Shown in pieces: positions 24,968 through 32,000 of a stretch of 32,000 nucleotides of DNA. Position 1 is the first letter of the stretch, and each line of letters opens with the position of its first letter. The stretch comes from Gemmata obscuriglobus. GTDB lineage: Bacteria; Planctomycetota; Planctomycetia; Gemmatales; Gemmataceae. Location: positions 5,910,001-5,942,000 of the forward strand of contig NZ_CP042911.1 of the NCBI RefSeq assembly GCF_008065095.1, written 5' to 3'. The notes under the pieces were generated by a model, which was given only the letters and a program-made list of their open reading frames with translations, did no database searches and was not told where the DNA came from. Both the position numbers and the translations under genes were made by a program.

Positions 24968-25327
24968 ATGACCATTTCCCCGCCACTCACCTACTGCCAG
25001 CTCATTACCGAAGCCAACCGCCTCGCACTCCGCATCCGGAGGCTGCACGAAGCACTCGAAGCCGACCCGCTTCTGGAAGGCCCGAACGGCGAAGACAGCG
25101 AGTTCGATCAAATGGAACTCGTCGGACTTGAACAGCAGCTTTACGGCATCGGGTCGGTTCTCGAGCTTCTCGGACACACTCCGAACGCTTTCGTGAACCC
25201 CGAAGCAATGGACGCACTCCGCGGAGTGGTCAGGAAGGCAGCGGGTCTTGAGCAAGAGCCGTGGGCGGCGGTGATTCTGGATCGGGTCGAGCCGGCTCCG
25301 CAGTTCAACGAAGTGATTGCGAAGTAA
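24968..25327 (+). CDS. Hypothetical protein (119 aa), first gene of the Dcm module
   Basis: ATG is preceded by AAAGGAG. No family recognised. Confidence 0.55.
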   Translation: MTISPPLTYCQLITEANRLALRIRRLHEALEADPLLEGPNGEDSEFDQMELVGLEQQLYGIGSVLELLGHTPNAFVNPEAMDALRGVVRKAAGLEQEPWAAVILDRVEPAPQFNEVIAK

Positions 25328-25412
25328 CTCGCACCGTGCTACGAATGCGGGGCGACGTTATGAGGACGCCGCCCCTTTACAACCGCTGACTACATGGAAG
25401 GAAACCAGCGAT

Positions 25413-25745
25413 ATGACCGACATCAAAGACACAACTGCGACCAAAAAGCAAGCGATCAAACCTACAGCGGAAGCCGAAGCCTTGGCCGATGCGATCTTGC
25501 GTGCCGCCGGGAGTGGGCTGCACTTCTACAGCATGGCGAAGACGCGAGACGCGATTCTCATCGCTGCTCAGCAAGGGCTGGACGCTGGCCGAGCGAGATT
25601 GCTGGCGGCGCTCGAAATCCTAGCCGAACAGGCTGATGAAGATTGTCCGGCGGAATATCGCAGCGATCATTTCAGAGAGGCTCTCAATGAGGCCTTCGCC
25701 GCTATCGAAGAAGTCGCAAACGAATCCTCGGCGAGGCCTGCGTGA
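25413..25745 (+). CDS. Hypothetical protein (110 aa)
   Basis: Start at MTDIKDTT (ATG 25413). Its stop overlaps the MTase GTG start as GTGA. Confidence 0.5.
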   Translation: MTDIKDTTATKKQAIKPTAEAEALADAILRAAGSGLHFYSMAKTRDAILIAAQQGLDAGRARLLAALEILAEQADEDCPAEYRSDHFREALNEAFAAIEEVANESSARPA

Positions 25746-27211
25746 GGTACGGTTCAGTCTGCTCTGGAATAGAAGCAGCAACTGCGGCTTGGCATCCTCT
25801 CGGCTGGCAGCCCATCTTCTTCAGCGAAATCGACAACTTTCCTCGTGCCGTTCTGGCACACCATTACCCCCACACGCCATGCCACGGCGACTTCACCACT
25901 ATCGGAAAGGACACCTATGACCCAATTGACCTTCTTGTCGGCGGAACCCCCTGTCAATCCTTCTCAGTCGCAGGCCTTCGCAAAGGACTTGCTGACGAGC
26001 GAGGCAACCTCACACTTGAGTTTGTTCGGCTGGCTCAGAGGCTTCAGCCCCGCTGGCTGGTTTGGGAAAATGTTCCCGGTGTCCTGTCACAAGACCGAGG
26101 ACGGGCGTTTGGCTCCTTCCTCGGAGGGCTGGCGGAACTCGGGTATGGGTTCGCCTACCGGGTTCTTGACGCTCAACATTTCGGAGTGCCTCAGCGACGC
26201 AGGCGTGTGTTCGTTGTCGGATATCTTGGAGACTGGCGACCTGCCGCAACGGTACTTTTTGAGCGCGAAGGCTTGCTCAGGGATATTACGCCGCGCAGGG
26301 AAGCGGGGAAAAGCCCTACCGGAACCCTTAGCGCGAGCGCTGGAAGAAGTCGCGGAGCGGGAACCGATCACGCCATGATCGCACCTCCTGTTGGCTTCGA
26401 GACCGGGCCGCAGGGTGGTGGTTTCAGTGACCTTGCCCCAACGCTCGATACCCGGTGCAAGGACGGCCCAATCCGCAACCAGCTTGGCATGGGGGTTGTC
26501 CATCCGCAACACGGAGACGCGATTGCTAGCGCGTTGCGAAGACGGAATCAGAGCCGAGGCGTAGACAGCGACTGCACCGACACCCTGATTGCCCATTCCT
26601 TGCGAGGCGAAGGCTTCGACGCGAGCGAGGACGGGACTGGGCGAGGAACACCTCTGGCTCCAGTCGCCTTCGACACCGCTCAACTCACCAGCAAGTCCAA
26701 CCGAAGTAACCCCCAGCAGGGTGACCCATGCCACACACTGCACAGCGGGAACACGCATCACGTAGCCATTCCGATCAACATGCAGGCCGCCGCGAAGAAC
26801 GGCAAGAAGTCGCCCAACGGTTATGGGGTCGGCGAACCGGGTGATCCGGCCCCAACGCTCGGGGCAAACGATCAGCATGCCGTCGCATGCTTCAAGGGCG
26901 GCCAAGGTTCGCAGGCTCGAAGCGTCGGTTATTCTGAGCATTTGGCACCCACACTACCGAGCGCCGATAGCGGCAGCAACCGCACCCCAACCTTGATGCA
27001 GGGCATGTCTGTCCGTCGCCTCACTCCCCGCGAATGCGAGCGACTTCAGGGATTTCCCGATGACTACACGCTCGTGCCGTACAGGGGCAAGCCAGCGGCA
27101 GACGGCCCACGTTATAAGGCTCTCGGCAATTCGATGGCTGTCCCCGTAATGCGCTGGATTGGCGAACGTATCCAGATGGTTGAGCGGCTTCGGCCGGAAG
27201 AAGCGGAATAA
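25742..27211 (+). CDS. DNA (cytosine-5)-methyltransferase, phage type, with a long variable region
   Basis: Motif I GSVCSGIEAA. Motif IV GGTPCQSFS. Motif VI WENVPG. Motif VIII QRRRRVFVVG. About 250 aa of variable region. Motif IX RRLTPRECERLQGFPDDYT. Motif X GNSMAVPVMRWIG. Confidence 0.9.
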   Translation: MRYGSVCSGIEAATAAWHPLGWQPIFFSEIDNFPRAVLAHHYPHTPCHGDFTTIGKDTYDPIDLLVGGTPCQSFSVAGLRKGLADERGNLTLEFVRLAQRLQPRWLVWENVPGVLSQDRGRAFGSFLGGLAELGYGFAYRVLDAQHFGVPQRRRRVFVVGYLGDWRPAATVLFEREGLLRDITPRREAGKSPTGTLSASAGRSRGAGTDHAMIAPPVGFETGPQGGGFSDLAPTLDTRCKDGPIRNQLGMGVVHPQHGDAIASALRRRNQSRGVDSDCTDTLIAHSLRGEGFDASEDGTGRGTPLAPVAFDTAQLTSKSNRSNPQQGDPCHTLHSGNTHHVAIPINMQAAAKNGKKSPNGYGVGEPGDPAPTLGANDQHAVACFKGGQGSQARSVGYSEHLAPTLPSADSGSNRTPTLMQGMSVRRLTPRECERLQGFPDDYTLVPYRGKPAADGPRYKALGNSMAVPVMRWIGERIQMVERLRPEEAE

Positions 27212-27217
27212 CGAAAC

Positions 27218-27241
27218 GGGGCGGGTTCAGGAGCCCGCCCC
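27218..27241. terminator. GC-rich hairpin between convergent genes (possible bidirectional terminator)
   Basis: GGGGCGGG (27218..27225) pairs with CCCGCCCC (27234..27241) with an 8-nt loop. The T-run is weak on the plus strand; the minus strand has GTTTCGTTATT. Confidence 0.35.
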
Positions 27242-27344
27242 TCAGTTGACTGGCTAACTCAGGGGTGGGGCGGCCGCCGCGCTCGCTCCGCTCGCTTAAC
27301 CAAAAGGTCCATCCACCCTCTTCAACGATTCATCCCGCGGGCCA

Positions 27345-28136
27345 TCAGGCGGCCAACGTCTTCGAGCCTCCGGCCGCCTTCTCGAACCGGGCCGGATACT
27401 CGGGCAGGTTCGTCCCCATCAGCCGGTCCCACACGTTAAAGTACAGCCCGTAGTTCCCCCGGAACCGCTCGTGGTGGAGTCCGTGGTGCGTCGGAGTGTT
27501 CACCAGCTTCCCAACCCACGTCCGCAGGAACCACCGGGGGTAGATCTCGTACCCCAGGTGACCGAACACGTTCCACACGATCTGCCACGTCATGAACGCC
27601 AGGAACACCAGCCCGTGCATCGGGATCAGGCACACCACCAGTGGCCCGATACCGGCCTGCACGACCGCTTCGCCGACGCCGAACGCGTACGCCGCCCACG
27701 GGGTCGGGCTGATCGACAGGTGATGGGTGCGGTGCAGTCGGCGGAACAACCGCGGGTGGTGCATCAGCCGGTGGGTCCAGTAGAAGTACATGTCGTGCAA
27801 CAGAACCGCGAGAGCGAAGCTGACCGGCAGCCACCACCAGCCGTATTTCTCGACCTTACCGTAGAGTTGGGTTAGCCCGTACCCTGCGGCGATCAACACC
27901 ACGAACGTGACCGAACCGAACACCAGGATGCTGCGGAGCGAGTGAAGAGTTTCCCGGCGGACCTGTGGCCAGTCCGGGTGCTTCGGGCCGATCTTGCGAT
28001 GCTCTACCCGGCGGCGGAGCAGGACGTAAAAGGCGATCCACAGAATCCCGGCCGCAAGGACGTACAGGGTGGTTGTCGTCACCACCTCGCCAACCGTTCC
28101 CGCTACCGCCCGATCAAGCCGCCGCTCCAAATCCAT
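27345..28136 (-). CDS. Sterol desaturase / fatty-acid hydroxylase superfamily membrane protein
   Basis: His boxes HDMYFYWTHRLMHH, HRTHH and HHGLHH, plus several TM segments. Confidence 0.85.
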   Translation of the reverse strand: MDLERRLDRAVAGTVGEVVTTTTLYVLAAGILWIAFYVLLRRRVEHRKIGPKHPDWPQVRRETLHSLRSILVFGSVTFVVLIAAGYGLTQLYGKVEKYGWWWLPVSFALAVLLHDMYFYWTHRLMHHPRLFRRLHRTHHLSISPTPWAAYAFGVGEAVVQAGIGPLVVCLIPMHGLVFLAFMTWQIVWNVFGHLGYEIYPRWFLRTWVGKLVNTPTHHGLHHERFRGNYGLYFNVWDRLMGTNLPEYPARFEKAAGGSKTLAA

Positions 28137-28208
28137 GCCTGCACCTCTCCGGTTGCCCTGCTCATTCGAGCATTCTAGCGGAGTGGCTCTCGTTGCTCTC
28201 GATGAGTC

Positions 28209-28562
28209 TCAGCCCTTCTCCTCAATGACGAACGCCCGCAGCTCGGCCAGCTTGCCGTCCTGAACCCGCCACACATCGCAGTACGCGTACCGGGTCGTCT
28301 TCCCGCCTTTATCCCTCGTCGACACCACGCCGACCGCCGTGACGAACTCGCCCTCTGCGATCAGGTGATCGACCGTCAGTTCGGGCGGCCCCTGACTGTA
28401 CGACTCCGCCATCCACTGGCGCACGGCCTCTTTCCCCCGAAGAACCCGGTCGCCGACGAACGTCCACAGCGTGTCGTCCGTGCAGAACGACAGGAAGCCC
28501 TCGTTGTCGCCTTTCGTGACGGCTGCGTTCGCCTGTTCGAGCACGGTTTTGTTGTTCGACAT
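28209..28562 (-). CDS. SnoaL-like / NTF2-fold protein (117 aa from MSNNKT)
   Basis: ANAAVTKGDNEGFLSFCTDDTLWTF...GKEAVRQWM...AYCDVWRVQDGKLAELRAFV. ATG 28562 has GGAGAG 4 nt upstream; the track start at 28574 is a TTG. Confidence 0.75.
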   Translation of the reverse strand: MSNNKTVLEQANAAVTKGDNEGFLSFCTDDTLWTFVGDRVLRGKEAVRQWMAESYSQGPPELTVDHLIAEGEFVTAVGVVSTRDKGGKTTRYAYCDVWRVQDGKLAELRAFVIEEKG

Positions 28563-28572
28563 CTCGCTCTCC

Positions 28573-28600
28573 AAAAGAGAAAAGCCGGGCTACACCCGGC
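28573..28600 (-). terminator. Intrinsic terminator (minus strand) after the small basic ORF
   Basis: On the minus strand, GCCGGG / CCCGGC stem with a 5-nt loop, followed by TTTTCTCTTTT. Confidence 0.5.
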
Positions 28601-28607
28601 CTTGTGC

Positions 28608-28736
28608 TCAACTCTTCTTCGCTTTTGGTTTACAGCTTCCCTTGGTGAAGGGCTTCTTTCCCGGCGTCGGCTCGTAACCGGGCCAGCACCGTGACGTCTT
28701 CTTCCCAGCCTTTGGCTTCGGTTTGGTGGCAGGCAT
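28608..28736 (-). CDS. Small basic Cys-containing protein (42 aa)
   Basis: My own translation, below the track cutoff: MPATKPKPKAGKKTSRCWPGYEPTPGKKPFTKGSCKPKAKKS. GAGGAG lies 7 nt upstream of the ATG. It is followed by its own terminator. Confidence 0.45.
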   Translation of the reverse strand: MPATKPKPKAGKKTSRCWPGYEPTPGKKPFTKGSCKPKAKKS

Positions 28737-28921
28737 GATGCGTCTCCTCAGTTAGTCAGCTTTCTGATTGCCCGATCCACGCTCCGCAAAGCATGTGCCG
28801 GAAGCTACTTCCCTTGCCGCCGCGCCTGGGGTGTTGGCCAAACTGCAGGTGAACCGCCTGTCACAAAAGCAAAAAGCCGAGGCAAAAACCTCGGCTCGAG
28901 AAATTCAGTGGCTCACGCGGC

Positions 28922-29251
28922 TTACCGATTCGGCATCTGAACTGGCATGCCGCCCGGCCCCGTATAAGGCCGACCGTAGCTTTGCGGGGGGCCGTACATT
29001 CCCGGCCGCCCGTAGACCGGCTGAGCGTACCCGGGTTGCCCGTACCCGGATTGGCCGTAGACCGGTTGGCCATAACCTCCTTGGCCATACGGCTGGCCGT
29101 AAGGACTTGCGCCGCCGCAACACGAGGGCGCGGGCTCGGAGTAGCAAGACGACGCTGCCGCCTTCTTCTTCCGCTTGCCGAACGCCGAGGCGTCACCAGC
29201 AAACGAGGCGACACCGAAAATGGCCAACACAAGAGTGGTCAGAATCCGCAT
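28922..29251 (-). CDS. Secreted Gly/Tyr/Gln/Pro-rich low-complexity protein
   Basis: MRILTTLVLAIFGVASFAGDASA signal peptide, then YGQP-type repeats (PYGQPYGQGGYGQPVYGQSGYGQPGYAQPVYGRPGMYGPP). Confidence 0.5.
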   Translation of the reverse strand: MRILTTLVLAIFGVASFAGDASAFGKRKKKAAASSCYSEPAPSCCGGASPYGQPYGQGGYGQPVYGQSGYGQPGYAQPVYGRPGMYGPPQSYGRPYTGPGGMPVQMPNR

Positions 29252-29459
29252 TGCAAGTCCTTTACGGTAGAGCACGGGCAACCGGGTGGCCGCCCGAAGA
29301 GCATCAACTCTTGCCGCTCAGAGGTGCAATCGCAGAGCCGCTTTGGTCGCTCGGCCCTGTTTATATTCTTTTCGCTGAATACCCGGAGGGCGCGTCCCTT
29401 GGCACATGCAATGCGGCATACCGGGTGCCCTTCGCTCTCCACTTCAACCGAGAACCATC

Positions 29460-29654
29460 ATGAGCAAGAAGACCCCCGACCCGGTGCCTGCCGGGAAGAA
29501 GCCGGATACGGATACGACTTTCGAGGAACCGGGCCAGGATGAGTCCGGCAAAACCGCTGCCCCGCAGAGCCCACAGGGGCCGCAGCAGAAGACCAAGACG
29601 GCAAAGCCCGACGCGGCCAACGGGAAGAAGCACGGCGAAGACCGCCCAATGTAA
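29460..29654 (+). CDS. Small hydrophilic, probably disordered protein (64 aa)
   Basis: MSKKTPDPVPAGKKPDTDTTFEEPGQDE... The long opposite-strand ORF looks like a shadow frame. Confidence 0.4.
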   Translation: MSKKTPDPVPAGKKPDTDTTFEEPGQDESGKTAAPQSPQGPQQKTKTAKPDAANGKKHGEDRPM

Positions 29655-29700
29655 CCGCTCACGATTCCGCCCCACACGACGACGCACCGAGGAGACGAAC

Positions 29701-29892
29701 ATGGCCGAACGCACGAAGCGCGGTGACGAAGACCGCAAAAAGGAAGACGAGGAGATAACGACGGGTGAGCCAGCAGAAGTCGGGAAAGCGAAGGCTGCAG
29801 CCGGAGGAGGCACGCAAGGCGGCACTACGACCAAGGATAAGAGCGTTCCGCCCGCCGACGATAACCAGCGCGGTGCCAACAAGAAGAGCTGA
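29701..29892 (+). CDS. Small hydrophilic, probably disordered protein (63 aa)
   Basis: MAERTKRGDEDRKKEDEEITTGE... GAGGAG lies 6 nt upstream of the ATG. Confidence 0.45.
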   Translation: MAERTKRGDEDRKKEDEEITTGEPAEVGKAKAAAGGGTQGGTTTKDKSVPPADDNQRGANKKS

Positions 29893-30031
29893 CGCACCCG
29901 AGCACCCACGAAGAAGCTGCGAACCAGTGTCGCGGCTTTATTCGTTTCCGTAACAGTCGTGAGTGCGGCAGTACCCGGCACGTCACTTGCGTAGTGGTAA
30001 TCTGATTTCGCCCGCGATCAGGAGAACTACC

Positions 30032-30415
30032 ATGTCGAACATCAAAGATAACGTGATCAAGGCCGGCCACACCGTTGCGGACAAAGCGGGGGACGCCGTC
30101 CAAGCAGTCGCCACCGGCGTAAACCAGGCGGCAGAGTTCGTGAAAGAGAAGGTCGGTCTCGCGAGCCCGGACAAGGGCGTCACGGGGATTCAGGAGCGGA
30201 TGGACGTGATCGCGTCGTGCGGCTCCAAGGTCGGCGTGGTCGATCACGTCGAGGGGCAGGCCCTGAAGCTGACCCGCAAGGACAGCAAGGACGGAGAGCA
30301 CCACTTCGTGCCCCTGAAGTGTGTCGCCAAGGTCGACGAGCACGTCCACCTGAAGATGAACTCGAAGGAGTTCGCCGAGCAGAGCAAGACCAACGCGGCC
30401 GATTGTGGTTGTTGA
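30032..30415 (+). CDS. DUF2171-like protein (127 aa)
   Basis: MDVIASCGSKVGVVDHVEGQALKLTRKDSKDGEHHFVPLKCVAKVDEHVHL fits the DUF2171 pattern. ATG 30032 is preceded by AGGAGA. Confidence 0.65.
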   Translation: MSNIKDNVIKAGHTVADKAGDAVQAVATGVNQAAEFVKEKVGLASPDKGVTGIQERMDVIASCGSKVGVVDHVEGQALKLTRKDSKDGEHHFVPLKCVAKVDEHVHLKMNSKEFAEQSKTNAADCGC

Positions 30416-30439
30416 TCTGCGTAGCTCCCGAGAGTCCCC

Positions 30440-30473
30440 GAAGCCTGCTCAATCTGAGCGGGCTTCTTTCGTT
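30440..30473 (+). terminator. Strong intrinsic terminator
   Basis: 12-bp stem GAAGCCTGCTCA (30440..30451) pairs with TGAGCGGGCTTC (30455..30466), including one G-U pair, with a 3-nt loop. It is followed by TTTCGTT. Confidence 0.7.
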
Positions 30474-31670
30474 GTGTGCCAGGCATGTTGCGTATGAGGA
30501 GGTGGAAGTCCTCCGCGGGCCGTGGTGAGCGGAACCGCAAGGCGAGGCAAGGGTGCCCGTCGCGAGGCGGAATCTGAAGGAAGCCGAAGCCCCCAGTCGG
30601 GAGCCGACGAACAGGAACCGGATATCAGGCCGGCGTGGCGGGGTCAGCGGGCAACGGACCGCGAAGCCCAATCTCACTCGGACGCACACGCGGGTAAATC
30701 CGGCGGTCGCTCGACGAAGCAACGCAACTTACCCTGGGAGATCTCCCGATCCGCGAAGGCGATCTTCGCACCGCGACCGGTAACGGTGGGGGGATGGTTC
30801 GGGAGAAGTCAGCCGAGGCCGTAGTAACTCGTCCGTCCGGTGGAGCGATCCACGGGGGAGGCACCCACACCTCGTAAGGACGAACGAAGGGCCGAACTTA
30901 ATGTGCCAAGGAGCAGCCGGAGCCGACTCGATGGGCGTGAAGCGACCGCAAGGCCGGCCGGACCAACGGACCCTCTTCGAGGGCTCGGAGGCCGACCGGC
31001 GCCACGACACAACCGGCGAAGGCGGAACCGGAGCGGGTGTGGTCGAGGAGTCACAAGCGTCTGCGGCGTTGGAGCCGTCACGCGCCTTGACGGATCGTCT
31101 GATGGAGGAGGTGTGCCAGCGAGGCAATCTCAACCAAGCTTACTCTCGGGTGAAGGCGAACAAAGGGGCACCGGGAATCGACGGGATGACCGTCGAGGAC
31201 TCGCTCCGCTGGATCGCCGAGCACAAGCAGGAACTGCTGTCGAGTCTGCTCGACGGGTCGTATCGTCCGAGTCCGGTGCGTGGGGTTTTGATCCCGAAGC
31301 CGGGCGGAGGCGAGCGGCAGTTAGGGATTCCGACGGTGGTGGATCGTCTGGTTCAGCAGGCGATTCTGCAAGTGCTGACGCGTTTGTTGGACCCGACCTT
31401 TTCGGAATCCAGCTACGGCTTCCGTCCCGGCAAGAGCGCTCACCAGGCGCTGTTGAAGGCGAAGGAGTACGTGGCGGATGGTCGAGCGATTGTGGTGGAC
31501 GTGGACCTGGAGAAGTTTTTCGACCGGGTGAACCACGACATCCTGATGGCCCGGCTGGCGCGTCGTGTGTCGGACACGCGCTTGTTGCGGATCGTGCGTC
31601 GCTTCCTGGAAGCGGGGCTGATGCAAGACGGTGTGTGTGTCGCACGTCACGAGGGGACGCCGCAAGGGGG
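30474..31670 (+). mobile_element. Group II intron, 5' ribozyme domains plus truncated RT ORF (cut by IS3)
   Basis: GTGTG (a GUGYG-like 5' end) at 30474 directly abuts the terminator T-tract. About 430 nt of structured-looking, non-coding GC-rich sequence follows, and then the RT ORF. The 5' boundary is inferred. Confidence 0.65.
30931..31670 (+). pseudogene. Group II intron reverse transcriptase / maturase, truncated after RT motif 4 (alternative ATG at 30901)
   Basis: NLNQAYSRVKANKGAPGIDGMT, IPKPGGGERQLGIPTVVDRLVQQA, YGFRPGKSAHQAL, VVDVDLEKFFDRVNHDIL, GTPQGG. The reading frame then runs into the IS terminus at 31671. Confidence 0.85.
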
Positions 31671-31961
31671 TATAGTGGACCCCGAAAACTGGACCGCCGG
31701 TTAAGCTATACCGGAGGCCCAGGAAAGGGGAACCCATGGCGGGCAAGCGGAAGAGTCACTCGGCGGCGTTCAAGGCCCAGGTCGCGCTGGCGGCCCTCAA
31801 GGGCGACAAGACCATCAACGAACTGGCGAGTCAGCACGGCGTCCACCCGACCCTGATTCATGGGTGGAAGAAGCAGTTGCTCACCGGGGCCGAGGCCGTG
31901 TTCGCCTCGGGGGCGAAGGGCACCGGCCCCCCGGAAGACAAGACGACCGAGTTGTACGAGC
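31671..31961 (+). mobile_element. IS3-family element, second copy: first 291 bp only, interrupted inside orfA
   Basis: Wherever I compared them it matches the reverse complement of 19039..19329: the terminus TATAGTGGACCCCGAAAACTGG..., and orfA with an identical peptide up to ...TTELYE. Confidence 0.85.
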
Positions 31962-32000
31962 TATAGTGGACCCCGAAAACTGGACCGCCGGTTAAGCTAT
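31962..32000 (+). mobile_element. IS3-family element, third copy terminus (continues beyond the window)
   Basis: TATAGTGGACCCCGAAAACTGGACCGCCGGTTAAGCTAT repeats the terminus seen at 31671 and at 19329 (reverse complement). Confidence 0.8.

Noticed and set aside
1-32000. Scan for CRISPR arrays, rRNA, tRNA and long tandem repeats.
   Set aside because: I saw no regularly spaced direct repeats and no rRNA-like or cloverleaf-forming segments. The only multi-copy sequences are the IS3 termini, the nuclease-gene leaders and the ~33-nt operon junction.

Overview
High-G+C bacterial chromosome segment. It is probably planctomycete (Gemmata-like), inferred from an ECF sigma factor with a long TM/extracytoplasmic extension, a TIGR03067-like module and a paralog family ending in GPHVRGCWVVD. 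Ordinary genes are repeatedly interrupted by visibly lower-G+C mobile or accessory DNA. The ordinary genes are a hybrid histidine kinase, an ECF sigma factor, a hydrolase / cupin / VOC set, a sulfite-oxidase-like Moco enzyme, a sterol desaturase, a SnoaL-like protein and small stress-type proteins. 

Accessory content, left to right:
- A MOBF (TrwC-like) relaxase-helicase gene is split by a single-ORF IS66-family element with a perfect 8-bp target duplication.
- A cassette of two HNH nuclease ORFs sits between the real relaxase 5' end and a diverged, vestigial second copy of that 5' end.
- A Cys-rich unknown protein is start/stop-coupled to a small HTH protein.
- A beta-class DNA methyltransferase is fused to an AlbA_2 (Schlafen-like) domain.
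- A phage-like operon of small genes includes a DUF551-like protein.
- A protein with a candidate HEPN motif (RNPIAHG) lies convergent with an unknown gene.
- An IS3-family element with a 3-bp duplication clips the 3' end of a paralog-family gene.
- A second NUMOD4/HNH gene has a 5' leader homologous to that of the first.
- A three-gene module carries an orphan C5 cytosine methyltransferase.
- A group II intron starts immediately after an intrinsic terminator. Its RT ORF is cut by an IS3 copy, which is itself cut by another IS3 copy.

I saw no rRNA, tRNA or CRISPR array. The candidates I rank highest for undescribed biology are the MTase-AlbA_2 fusion, the HEPN-like pair, and the nuclease cassette with the duplicated relaxase 5' end. 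All calls come from reading the sequence and ORF track; no database search was possible.
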